Shown here: positions 53,722 through 62,523 of the stretch, piece by piece
Position numbering within the stretch: position 1 is the stretch's first letter
Layout: each line of letters starts with the position of its first letter
From: an uncultured virus (IMG/VR IMGVR_UViG_3300002231_000147)
Taxonomy: Duplodnaviria > Heunggongvirae > Uroviricota > Caudoviricetes
IMG/VR virus record: IMGVR_UViG_3300002231_000147
Span: 1-64,000 of that record
DNA: 64,000 nt
Strand: one strand, 5' to 3'
Notes under the pieces: model-generated
What the model was told of the DNA's origin: nothing
The model's input: only the letters and a program-made list of their open reading frames with translations
Database searches by the model: none
Made by a program: the position numbers and the translations under genes

Positions 53722-54519
53722 ATGCCATTAATTTCAGTATCAGGAACACAAGGTGTAGGTAAGACTACATTCATCAACGACTTTCTAGCAGCATATCCTA
53801 TGTATAAGACCCCTGAGAGGACTTATAGGGACATTATCAAGGAGAAGGGTCTATCCATTAACAAAGAGACTAGTATGCGCTCACAGAAGATCATACTCGA
53901 CTCAATTGTTGAGTGTATTGATCAATATTCACGCAAGGATGACCACATTATCTTCGATAGATGCCCACTAGATAATCTAGTATATAGCCTATGGTCATTA
54001 GATCATGGTAAAGGTGATTTGACGGATGAATTCATCACTGAATGTATCCAAGTATGTCGCGAATCCTTAAGAAAACTTGATGTAATGTTGATGATTCCAT
54101 TATCCAAGCATAATATTGTAACAGATATTGAAGAGGAAAAGGAAACTAGGGATGTTGATCCAGTATATCAACAAGAGATTAATACACTATTCATGGGATT
54201 ACGGGATTTACGTGAGCAAGGTGATGATGCATTCTTCGTTCGCGACGATTGTGGTCCAATTATTGAGGTATTTGGAACACCTGAAGAGCGTATTGCCATC
54301 ACAAAATTGTATCTCCGAGAAGATGGTAACTTTTATGGTGATGAAGACTCCATGTTGTTTGGTGCTGATGGTGATATCCTTGGAGATGAGGGAAATATTG
54401 TTGATGCTGGTGAGCGAGATCAGTTGATGGATCAATTTGGTCTGGAACCTGAACAGGATTTTGGTGGTCTTTCAGTAAGTAAAGAAGATTTGCTTAAATT
54501 CCGCGACCAATATCGTTAA
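53722..54519 (+). CDS. P-loop nucleotide kinase (AAA_28 / dNMP-kinase-like)
   Basis: SGTQGVGKTT, FDRCPLDNLVY and FGTPEERI. Confidence 0.75.
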   Translation: MPLISVSGTQGVGKTTFINDFLAAYPMYKTPERTYRDIIKEKGLSINKETSMRSQKIILDSIVECIDQYSRKDDHIIFDRCPLDNLVYSLWSLDHGKGDLTDEFITECIQVCRESLRKLDVMLMIPLSKHNIVTDIEEEKETRDVDPVYQQEINTLFMGLRDLREQGDDAFFVRDDCGPIIEVFGTPEERIAITKLYLREDGNFYGDEDSMLFGADGDILGDEGNIVDAGERDQLMDQFGLEPEQDFGGLSVSKEDLLKFRDQYR

Positions 54520-54526
54520 TTTTGTG

Positions 54527-54573
54527 TTATTTATAGACCTAATTAGTATAAACCTAGTTAGGTCTATAAATAA
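54527..54573. promoter_or_regulatory. 20-bp inverted repeat containing back-to-back late promoters
   Basis: TTATTTATAGACCTAATTAG-7nt-CTAGTTAGGTCTATAAATAA; TATAAATA at 54565-54572 (+) and 54528-54535 (-). Confidence 0.75.
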
Positions 54574-54579
54574 TTTTAC

Positions 54580-55602
54580 ATGAAAGATAAAAATCTAGTC
54601 CATTATTTTGAAGTATCCGATGTTTTAAATCAATTTGTTGCAGCATTCGATAGTATCGTCATTGGGCGATATAGAGGTAGGGATTTGAAGAACCCTGTTC
54701 CAGTTAGGTTTACATATGCTCCAAAACAAGCAACATTACATGCTTTAAATAATAAAGCTGAACATATTACCGTTCCTGTTATATCAGTTTCTATATCAGG
54801 TATAGCTAGAGACGCTGAGCGTGTTCAAAAAAAGAATACTGGACACTTTATCAATAGAATAACTGAGACTGATCGCATCCCAGCACCTGTTCCTGTTAAT
54901 ATCTCAGTTAATATGAGTATATTGACTAAGACTCAAGAGGATATGGATCAGATTTTAGCTAATTTCATTCCATATTCCAACCCATATATCATACTATCTT
55001 GGAAAATTCCTAGTGAATTTACATCTGAGGAAATTGAGCTTCGTTCAGAGGTGTTATGGGATGAGAATATATCAATCACCCAACCAATTGAGAGAAATGA
55101 GAGTGATCGCTTCAGAACAGTAGCCGATACTACATTCACAATCAAAGCTTGGTTGTTTAAGAGACATGATGATAACCCAATGGGCAATATTTTCGAAATC
55201 GATGCTGATTTCTATCCGATAAAGGAACTTGGTGAGGTATTGAGTGATTTAGATGTAGTTGATCAATTGGGTTTATCCGCATATCCAGACTTTTCATTCC
55301 AACAAGAGGTTAGACACGTTATTGGAACAACTCCTACACAAAAAATTAGAAAGGAACTAACTTTTCATACACAGATACAGTATACTTATCAGCTGATTCA
55401 CCAACTATATTCGATGATCCACTAGAAGATCAGGGAGAATTCTATGGTATTCCCTTAGATGTTGATGAATATGATATAATCGATGATAATGTGTTATATG
55501 TAAATATTAGAGAACTTCAAGATGTTGGTAATATGCGTATTATTGTAAGAAAATCCTTCTGGATATGCATCAACAGGTGAAATACCAATCATAACCCTAT
55601 AA
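54580..55602 (+). CDS. gp15: Tail terminator / sheath stabilizer with a C-terminal extension (indels)
   Basis: QFVAAFDSI, VRFTYAPKQ, PVPVNI, DQILANFIPY and TFTIKAWLF. The extension YLSADSP...GEIPIITL is in shifted frames. Confidence 0.85.
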
Positions 55603-55615
55603 ATAATTAAATATT

Positions 55616-57415
55616 ATGGCAAGTTTATTTGACACAGTTAAAGGCAATTTCAGAAATGAATTAATGTCCACACTTCAATCCATGTCTCCTTACTCCGCAG
55701 CGAGTATGGTTGATATGATTAGCGTAGATAACCCTAAATTCGAGGATTTCTACAACAAGGGAACCAAGCGTGATGAGTTGTTGATGAATCATAGTATTTC
55801 CCAAGGGAATCCATATGATAATGCTCATCCGATGGGTGAATTCTCTGCTACAGGGGATTATCACTCATTCATGTATGCGAGTGTTGAGCCTGATAAGATC
55901 AAACGACTTCAAGAATATCGATTAATGGCTAGTTATGACTTCATCACTAGTGCGTTAGATGAAATTTGTGATGACTTTATTGTAGTTGATGAGGATGATC
56001 ACATTTTTACATTCAGGATTGATGATGATGACATGGATAAACAAGCCAAAGAGACTTTGGAGAAGGAGTTTAGACGTATTATACAACATTTTGACTTAGA
56101 AAATAAAGGGTTGGGAGTATATTCATAACTTATTAATTGATGGTGAGGTATATTTTGAGCATATTATCTCAGAAGATGAGCCAGATAAGGGTGTTTTAGG
56201 TGTATTATCCGTCCCATCCGATCAAATTGACCCTATTTTTAATTAATGTCCAAAATAATGTTGGTAAAGGGGTATCTTTTAAGAAAGCCTGTGTATGATC
56301 CAGAGACTAGACAAGTTAAGGAGATCATTCCAGTCATTTTTGACAAGAATCAGATTTCGTATTTCCACTCTCACTTGTGGAATGACCAAAAAACGTTCAG
56401 ATTACCTCATGTTGAGAAGGCTACTCGTGCATATAAGCAATTAAATATGATCGAGGATAGTATTGTTATCCACCGTTTGGTAAATGCCCCAGAAAAACTT
56501 GTTTTCAACGTGGATACTGGTAATATGAGTCAACCTCAGTCCGAGCGATACATTAGTCAACTCGCTCAGAAGTATTGGTCTAAGAAAACTTACGATTCCA
56601 AGCAAGGTGGGGTAAATATGTTCAATCCTCAGTCTATGTTGGATGCATTTTGGTTCCCTAAGCGTAATGGTAGCGATGGAACATCTATTGAGAAGCTTAA
56701 GGGTGAATCTAACCTTGGCGATTTGCCTGAATTAGCGTTTTTCACAAATAAGCTATATAAGTCACTCAATGTTCCTACAAATCGCCTGATGCCTGAGTCA
56801 ACGCGCTCAGATGGTGCGGAAATGGTTAACGAAGAGTTGAAATTTGGTAAATTCATTGAACGTTTACAAAAACAATTCTCAGAGACTATCAAACAGACAT
56901 TTATCACTCACTTGAAGCTTCGCGGATGGTGGAAGGAATATAATTTATCCAATGATTTGATTAAGTTGAAAATGAACCCACCAACTCACTATGTTATGCT
57001 TAGGCAGCAACAGATTTTTGAATTGGAAAGTTCTAACTATGCTAATATGGCAGCATCTGAACTTATCTCGGAAACATTTTGTCAAAACCTATATTTGAAG
57101 TGGAATGACAAACGTATTCTTGCTAATAGAGAACATTTACGTAAAGAGCAAGGTTTCCTATGGGAACTTCAAAATATTGCAACATATGGTCCAGATTGGC
57201 AGAATGAAATGCAAAAAGCTGGGGATGCTGGTGCTGAAGACTTTAATGGTGGTGCTGGTCCTACTGGTGGTGCTATGGGTGGTGATAGTGGATTAGGTGG
57301 AGATGACTTCGGTGGCGCACCTGATGAATCTGTTCCACCTGATGGATTGGGTGATGCTGCTCCTGCAACTGCCCCAGCGGATACTGCACCTCAACCAGCA
57401 GTTGATGAAGTTTAA
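55616..57415 (+). CDS. gp20: Portal protein (indels near 56110 and 56240)
   Basis: EYRLMA, ALDEICDD, IEDSIVIHRLVNAPEK, VDTGNM, FWFPKR, KLYKSLNVPTNRL and EELKFGKFIERLQ; TATAAATA at 55598-55605. Confidence 0.95.
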
Positions 57416-57417
57416 AT

Positions 57418-57452
57418 AAAAAAACCCTCACAAATTAATGTGAGGGTTTTTT
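57418..57452. terminator. Bidirectional intrinsic terminator
   Basis: A-tract-CCCTCACA / TGTGAGGG-T-tract between convergent genes. Confidence 0.85.
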
Positions 57453-57457
57453 GTTAA

Positions 57458-58246
57458 TTATTTAGGTCGTTTACAATATCCGTTGAATGCTTTCGGAACA
57501 TGAACTTCCTTCTTTTTTCTGAAGTCGATACCGATATCTTTCAATGATTCACGAGAAGCATAATAGATTTCAAACTCGGACTTAAGCGCACCTGTTTCAA
57601 ATTCTACATGTTTAATATGTGAACTAACATCTTTACCCATTTTACTACCAAGATCAAAATCTGGTGTATTGTTGGCTGAACATTCTATAGAATTCATCGA
57701 TAACATATTATTATCAATTTTACAACTATATAAGGATGACGATATATCGTTATTATCTAAACCAAGTGTTTCTGAGTTTCCACTATCTAGGAATGATCTA
57801 ATATTACTTTGTGAATCAGTCCAATGTGCGTTGATACTTTGTACCATACCCACTGATACGTATGTTGTTGTTTTTCTTTCATACATACGAACACCAATCA
57901 CACCACAATTCTTAGCATAGCCTTGAACCTTTNNTGCTCGACTATCACCCTTTGTGGTGAATGTGAATTCAGCTTCAGTTTCATCACTGGTTCTAAACCC
58001 TTTGATTGTGATTGTCTGACGAGCATCTACTAAGTAACCAGATTCATAGTCTTCCTTATCATCATTTAGAACAGAAAAACCATCTACTGTAATAACAGCC
58101 TTAGCTTTCTTGTATGTGTTATTGGTAATTTTAATTGCATATACTGAATTTTCTTTACCTTCAATATATGTCTTCCAATCTTTAGTATACTCTACTACTT
58201 TACGTCCGTTGACAGTTATATCAACAGAATAATTATTTTTATTCAT
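57458..58246 (-). CDS. Hypothetical protein with a beta-sandwich-like N-terminus
   Basis: YIEGKENSVYAIKITNN, VITVDG, IKGFR, CGVIGV and IYYASRESL; TATAAATA at 58308-58315. Confidence 0.65.
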   Translation of the reverse strand: MNKNNYSVDITVNGRKVVEYTKDWKTYIEGKENSVYAIKITNNTYKKAKAVITVDGFSVLNDDKEDYESGYLVDARQTITIKGFRTSDETEAEFTFTTKGDSRAXKVQGYAKNCGVIGVRMYERKTTTYVSVGMVQSINAHWTDSQSNIRSFLDSGNSETLGLDNNDISSSLYSCKIDNNMLSMNSIECSANNTPDFDLGSKMGKDVSSHIKHVEFETGALKSEFEIYYASRESLKDIGIDFRKKKEVHVPKAFNGYCKRPK

Positions 58247-58356
58247 TTTACTTCCTTTTGTTTATTGTTATTTGGACAAGCCCACCATACATGGGATTTC
58301 GCATAATTATTTATATAGATATGTAGTTAAATGTCAACAACTAAATAAATATTTCC

Positions 58357-58929
58357 ATGGATATAGAGAGTGAATTAATTTATGAGGCATATTTATTGAA
58401 CGAAATGCCGTATCGTATTAAAGGTAACATAACTGATAAAACTATTGATAACGATACAAAAAATAGGGAAGAAGCTAACCGTATTGTGCATGATGAAAAT
58501 TATGAGCATATCGGTGATTTTGGTGGACATGATGTATATGAGTTAGATATAGGGTTTGGTAGTTATTATTTGGATTTAATTAAAGATGGTAAAATACGTC
58601 TTCACTACTACTTTAAAGACTATAATGATGATTTCATACAAACCAAGGGAGTATATCAAATACGAGAAGATCGTGGATTGATGCAAGAGTTCTTTATAAA
58701 CTTTATCTTAAAGGAATATAAGAATGTTGTATCTGATGATAGCTTGACGGATTTGGCTATGGGGTTTTGGATAAAGATAATAACCAAACTACAGAATCAA
58801 GCCGAATTTGGTGTGGTTGATCCAGATGGTGAATTCTTTGAGTTGGGTGATATCGAATCACTTAGAGAATTCCATGACTCCACTGAAAACATGCGTAAGT
58901 ATAATTTTTATATAAAATACTTTGGATAA
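58357..58929 (+). CDS. Putative GNAT-fold protein, late-expressed
   Basis: VYQIREDRGLMQEF...VVSDDSLTDLAMGFWIKI; N-terminal LIYEAYLLNE. Confidence 0.5.
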   Translation: MDIESELIYEAYLLNEMPYRIKGNITDKTIDNDTKNREEANRIVHDENYEHIGDFGGHDVYELDIGFGSYYLDLIKDGKIRLHYYFKDYNDDFIQTKGVYQIREDRGLMQEFFINFILKEYKNVVSDDSLTDLAMGFWIKIITKLQNQAEFGVVDPDGEFFELGDIESLREFHDSTENMRKYNFYIKYFG

Positions 58930-58937
58930 ATAATTGT

Positions 58938-59825
58938 ATGTCAGAACCACTTTCAGCATATTATTCCACTCATTTGAATTCACGAGTTGATTCAATCGAG
59001 AAGTTGGCAACACGAAACTTACGTTTTCTTGGTTGTCCACTCATCAAACTAGAACTAGCTAAGGATATGGCATATGAAGCTATTTCTAAAGCAGTTGAGC
59101 TTTATACGCAATACACTGAGCCTGATAGGGAATTCTTGTTATTTGACTCTGAGTTATATGAAGAGGGTCGAGGTATTAATATTGAAGCACTTATCAACAA
59201 TACTCCTGAGTTATCCTCAACTATCGATCCAGATGATCCTGAATCAGTTAGAGCTTGGGATACGGATTTACAAGATTATCGTAAGGTTATCGACGTTGTT
59301 AATGTTGAAGAAGGTGAGAATCAGGGAACAAACATCCTATTCACTATGCAATATGCTATGGTGCAGCAAATGGGTGCTATGATGCACTCATCTGGACTAA
59401 AGAAGGGGTTTGACCTTGTTACATGGTATAATATGAATGAATTCCTTGAGCTACGTAATAAGATGTTAGCTCTTAAGACATTTTCTAGGTTTGATCAGAA
59501 TACACAGATGTTAAGATTATTCCCTGAACCAAGTAACGATGGTTCTGGTAAATATTGGGCATTGGTTGAATGCTACTTGGAACCACGTTTCCGTGATTGT
59601 TTAAAGAATCACTTTGTTCAATCATATTCACTAGCATTGATGAAGATTATGATTGGTAATGTTCGTGGTAAGTTCAATGGTGTTAATCTATTAGGTAACG
59701 GGACATTAAATTACAATGATATGCTACAGCAAGGTTTGACGGAGAAAGAAAAACTCGAAGAACAACTACTCAATGGAACAGGTGGATTCGTAAATGGTGC
59801 TCCACCAGCATTCCTTGTATTCTAA
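58938..59825 (+). CDS. gp13: Neck protein
   Basis: FLGCPLIKLEL, FVQSYSLALMKIMIGNVRGKF and LLGNGTLN. Confidence 0.88.
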   Translation: MSEPLSAYYSTHLNSRVDSIEKLATRNLRFLGCPLIKLELAKDMAYEAISKAVELYTQYTEPDREFLLFDSELYEEGRGINIEALINNTPELSSTIDPDDPESVRAWDTDLQDYRKVIDVVNVEEGENQGTNILFTMQYAMVQQMGAMMHSSGLKKGFDLVTWYNMNEFLELRNKMLALKTFSRFDQNTQMLRLFPEPSNDGSGKYWALVECYLEPRFRDCLKNHFVQSYSLALMKIMIGNVRGKFNGVNLLGNGTLNYNDMLQQGLTEKEKLEEQLLNGTGGFVNGAPPAFLVF

Positions 59826-59826
59826 T

Positions 59827-60376
59827 ATGAAAAAATTTATAGATGTATATTACGAAGGGTTACTTAGTGGTATATCTGATGGTAAGACTATCTCAGATAT
59901 AGCTAAGAAGCATGGCGTAAAGTATAATCAGATTGTTACACAACTCCGTAAGGGTCGTAGAGTTGAAATGGAGNATACAAAGAGTAAGGATATTGCTATG
60001 CGTATTGCTTTAGATCATCTCATGGAAGACCCAGACTATTATGATAAGTTAGCGACAATAGAAGAGGGTGTATATTCGACAATGGAGGGCGTGGATGTTA
60101 CCTAATGGTAAGTATATCCCAAATCATAGTGGTGAAGGTCATTATGGCTCCCTTAGACGTTTAACAAACGAACCCAAACCATCATTTGAGGTGGTGTTTA
60201 AAAAAGGTTGGCAACGTATTGTTTCGATAGGGGAAAACCTATATGCAAATAATTCAATGGTGCGACCAAATGCACGACAAATTTCAGAACTCAAGGATTT
60301 GGTTATTGAGAATAATAAAAACGAGCTACTTTGGGATAACGATTCTGAAGATAGGGTAATATGGAGAAATGAGTAG
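59827..60376 (+). CDS. DUF5661-like protein, probably fused across an indel to the downstream WMLPNG domain
   Basis: QLRKGRRVEME(H)T...IALDHLMEDPDYYDKL, followed by ORF 60068-60376. Confidence 0.55.
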
Positions 60377-60962
60377 TTTAATTATAGTAGATATACAACC
60401 ATTCTATGAACCATGGCATAATCACATAACAGACCACGTTATGCAGTATGTTAATAGAAATTGTTCCAAATATGAGAAAGTAGTTTGGTTCTTTAACGAT
60501 GCTGACGTTGGTGTAAAGAATGATGTGGATGATATGGTCGAATTCGTATACACTAACGGAGTTAAGGAGGACTGCGTAGAGCAAATAAATTTTGTAAACA
60601 AACAATATATGTTTTTCAGGGATTGGATGGACGTTATGGTAGATGAGGAATTCATTATCAAGGTTGCTAGATATATGATTCGTAACGGCATTACTGATAG
60701 TAAACAAATTGATGAAAATACAATGGAGATGCTTATATTATCATATTTCGATACACCAGAGGGTGTGAATATTAGAGAAGAGTATGATTACTTATTTAAG
60801 GATTCTATTAAGATACCCTCATTCGATTGGTCTCAATTACAAGAATTAGGTGAGGTTGATACATGTGGTGGCGGTCGTTATGAATGTTTACTTGAAATTG
60901 AAATTTTATTGAAGGTTGTTGGTGTTAAGGTAAATCGCATCGAGTTATTGGTATATGGCTAA
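60369..60962 (+). CDS. Isochorismatase / cysteine-hydrolase-like protein
   Basis: LIIVDIQP and CGGGRYECLLEI. Confidence 0.55.
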   Translation: MSSLIIVDIQPFYEPWHNHITDHVMQYVNRNCSKYEKVVWFFNDADVGVKNDVDDMVEFVYTNGVKEDCVEQINFVNKQYMFFRDWMDVMVDEEFIIKVARYMIRNGITDSKQIDENTMEMLILSYFDTPEGVNIREEYDYLFKDSIKIPSFDWSQLQELGEVDTCGGGRYECLLEIEILLKVVGVKVNRIELLVYG

Positions 60963-61437
60963 GAAACATAGGCAATATAAGCAAGGTATATATCGACCAA
61001 GGAACCCAAATAAGTTCGGGGAACATAAGTGCATATATCGCTCATCATATGAGTTAGCGTTTATGAAGTGGTGTGATGATCATCCTCGTGTAATTAACGT
61101 TAGATATGAGAAGGTAGTAATACCATATAGGTGTAAGACTGATGGCAAAATGCATAAATATTATTTAGATGTGTTAATAACATTAGTTGAGAAGGATGGT
61201 CCTAAAAACTATCTGATTGAGATTAAACCATTTAAACAAACCCACCCACCCAAACCATCAAAACGTAAGAAACGAAAGACTGTTATAACAGAGGCTTTCA
61301 ATTGGGCTAAAAATTCATGCAAGTGGGATGCTGCTAAGAAATATTGTAAAGAGAATAATCTTAGGTGGACTATAGTGACCGAAAAGGGGTTATATATCGA
61401 TGATAAGTTCTATGAAGGTAAGCTATTTGGTAAATAA
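60955..61437 (+). CDS. gp4: Head completion protein (TnsA-like nuclease fold)
   Basis: YKQGIYRPRNPNK, YRSSYE, IPY, HKYYLD, IEIKP and KWDAAK. Confidence 0.9.
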   Translation: MAKKHRQYKQGIYRPRNPNKFGEHKCIYRSSYELAFMKWCDDHPRVINVRYEKVVIPYRCKTDGKMHKYYLDVLITLVEKDGPKNYLIEIKPFKQTHPPKPSKRKKRKTVITEAFNWAKNSCKWDAAKKYCKENNLRWTIVTEKGLYIDDKFYEGKLFGK

Positions 61438-61482
61438 TCTAACATATGTAATTCGGTATGAGCAATTTTAATCTCATTATGG

Positions 61483-61490
61483 TATAAATA
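61483..61490 (+). promoter_or_regulatory. T4-type late promoter
   Basis: TATAAATA upstream of gp21. Confidence 0.8.
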
Positions 61491-61510
61491 ATTAAAAGAA
61501 TTTATATCAT

Positions 61511-62190
61511 ATGAATAACGCATTAAAGTTGATAGTTGAAGAAGTGGATTTCGATTCATTCCAATATTTAGTAGAAGAAAAGAACTCTAAGTCTGACCCT
61601 AAGTATTATATTGAGGGTCCAATGATCCTTTTGGATGAACAGAACCAGAATGGTCGTGTATACGAAGCGGGTGAGATGAACCCAGCGGTTGAGCGGTATA
61701 TTAAANNATTTGTAGAAACGAATAGTGCGTTGGGTGAAATGAATCACCCTAATAATCCAGACGTTAATCCAGAACGTGCATGTGATAGAATTGTAATCAA
61801 CTACGTCAGGAGGGTAATCACTGGATTGGAAAGGCTGTTTGTCTTTCTACACCTATGGGTAAACTTCAAGAGTCTCTAATCCGTGATGGTGTGAGACTTG
61901 GTAAGTCAACACGTTGCCTTGGTCAACTCGTGGAACGTAATGGATGTAATGTTGTTATGTCTCCTAATATGATAGCTGTTGATACAGTTATGAACCCAAG
62001 TGGTCAAGGTAAGAATGTATCATGCTTTGTTAACGGTATTCTAGAAAATAAGGAATGGAATATCAATTATAATAACGGCAATGAAGAAATATATGATGCG
62101 TTCGAAAACAATCTTTCAACCCTTCCTAAAAAGGAATTAGATAAGTATCTAACAGAACAAATTCTTAAGTTCGTTAGTGCATTGCGTTAA
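61511..62190 (+). CDS. gp21: Prohead protease (indel near 61800)
   Basis: YIEGP, NQNGRVY, ALGEMNHP, TPMG, LGKSTRCLG, VDTVMNPS and FVNGILE. Confidence 0.92.
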
Positions 62191-62191
62191 T

Positions 62192-62506
62192 ATGACACCT
62201 TTAAATACATTTTTAAAGGATATTCAAGTTATCGAGGAATCTATCAACGACTATGTTGGTATTTTAGAGGAAGAGGATCAATATGTTAATAATCCCCAAG
62301 TAAAATCTCAAGAAAATAAACGAGTATCTAAATATTTCATGAAGCGATCTGACTTTGATCGTCATATTGAAAGTGGAGTTATCACATGGAATAAAATGCA
62401 TGATGATGGTGGTGGTGACGTTAGAATAGGAACTAATATCCCAGCAAATGCAGTATATTTCGAAGGAGATGTTGTGTATTTCGAAGGTGAAATAGTAATT
62501 AACTAA
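62192..62506 (+). CDS. Small protein with C-terminal IPxNAVYF motif
   Basis: Ends IPANAVYFEGDVVYFEGEIVIN, similar to ORF 6579-6923. Confidence 0.6.
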   Translation: MTPLNTFLKDIQVIEESINDYVGILEEEDQYVNNPQVKSQENKRVSKYFMKRSDFDRHIESGVITWNKMHDDGGGDVRIGTNIPANAVYFEGDVVYFEGEIVIN

Positions 62507-62523
62507 AAATAAATAATCATAAC

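Noticed and set aside
60955..61437. Tn7 TnsA transposon component
   Set aside because: It matches T4 gp4, which has a TnsA-like fold, in a head-gene context. No TnsB/C or transposon ends are present.
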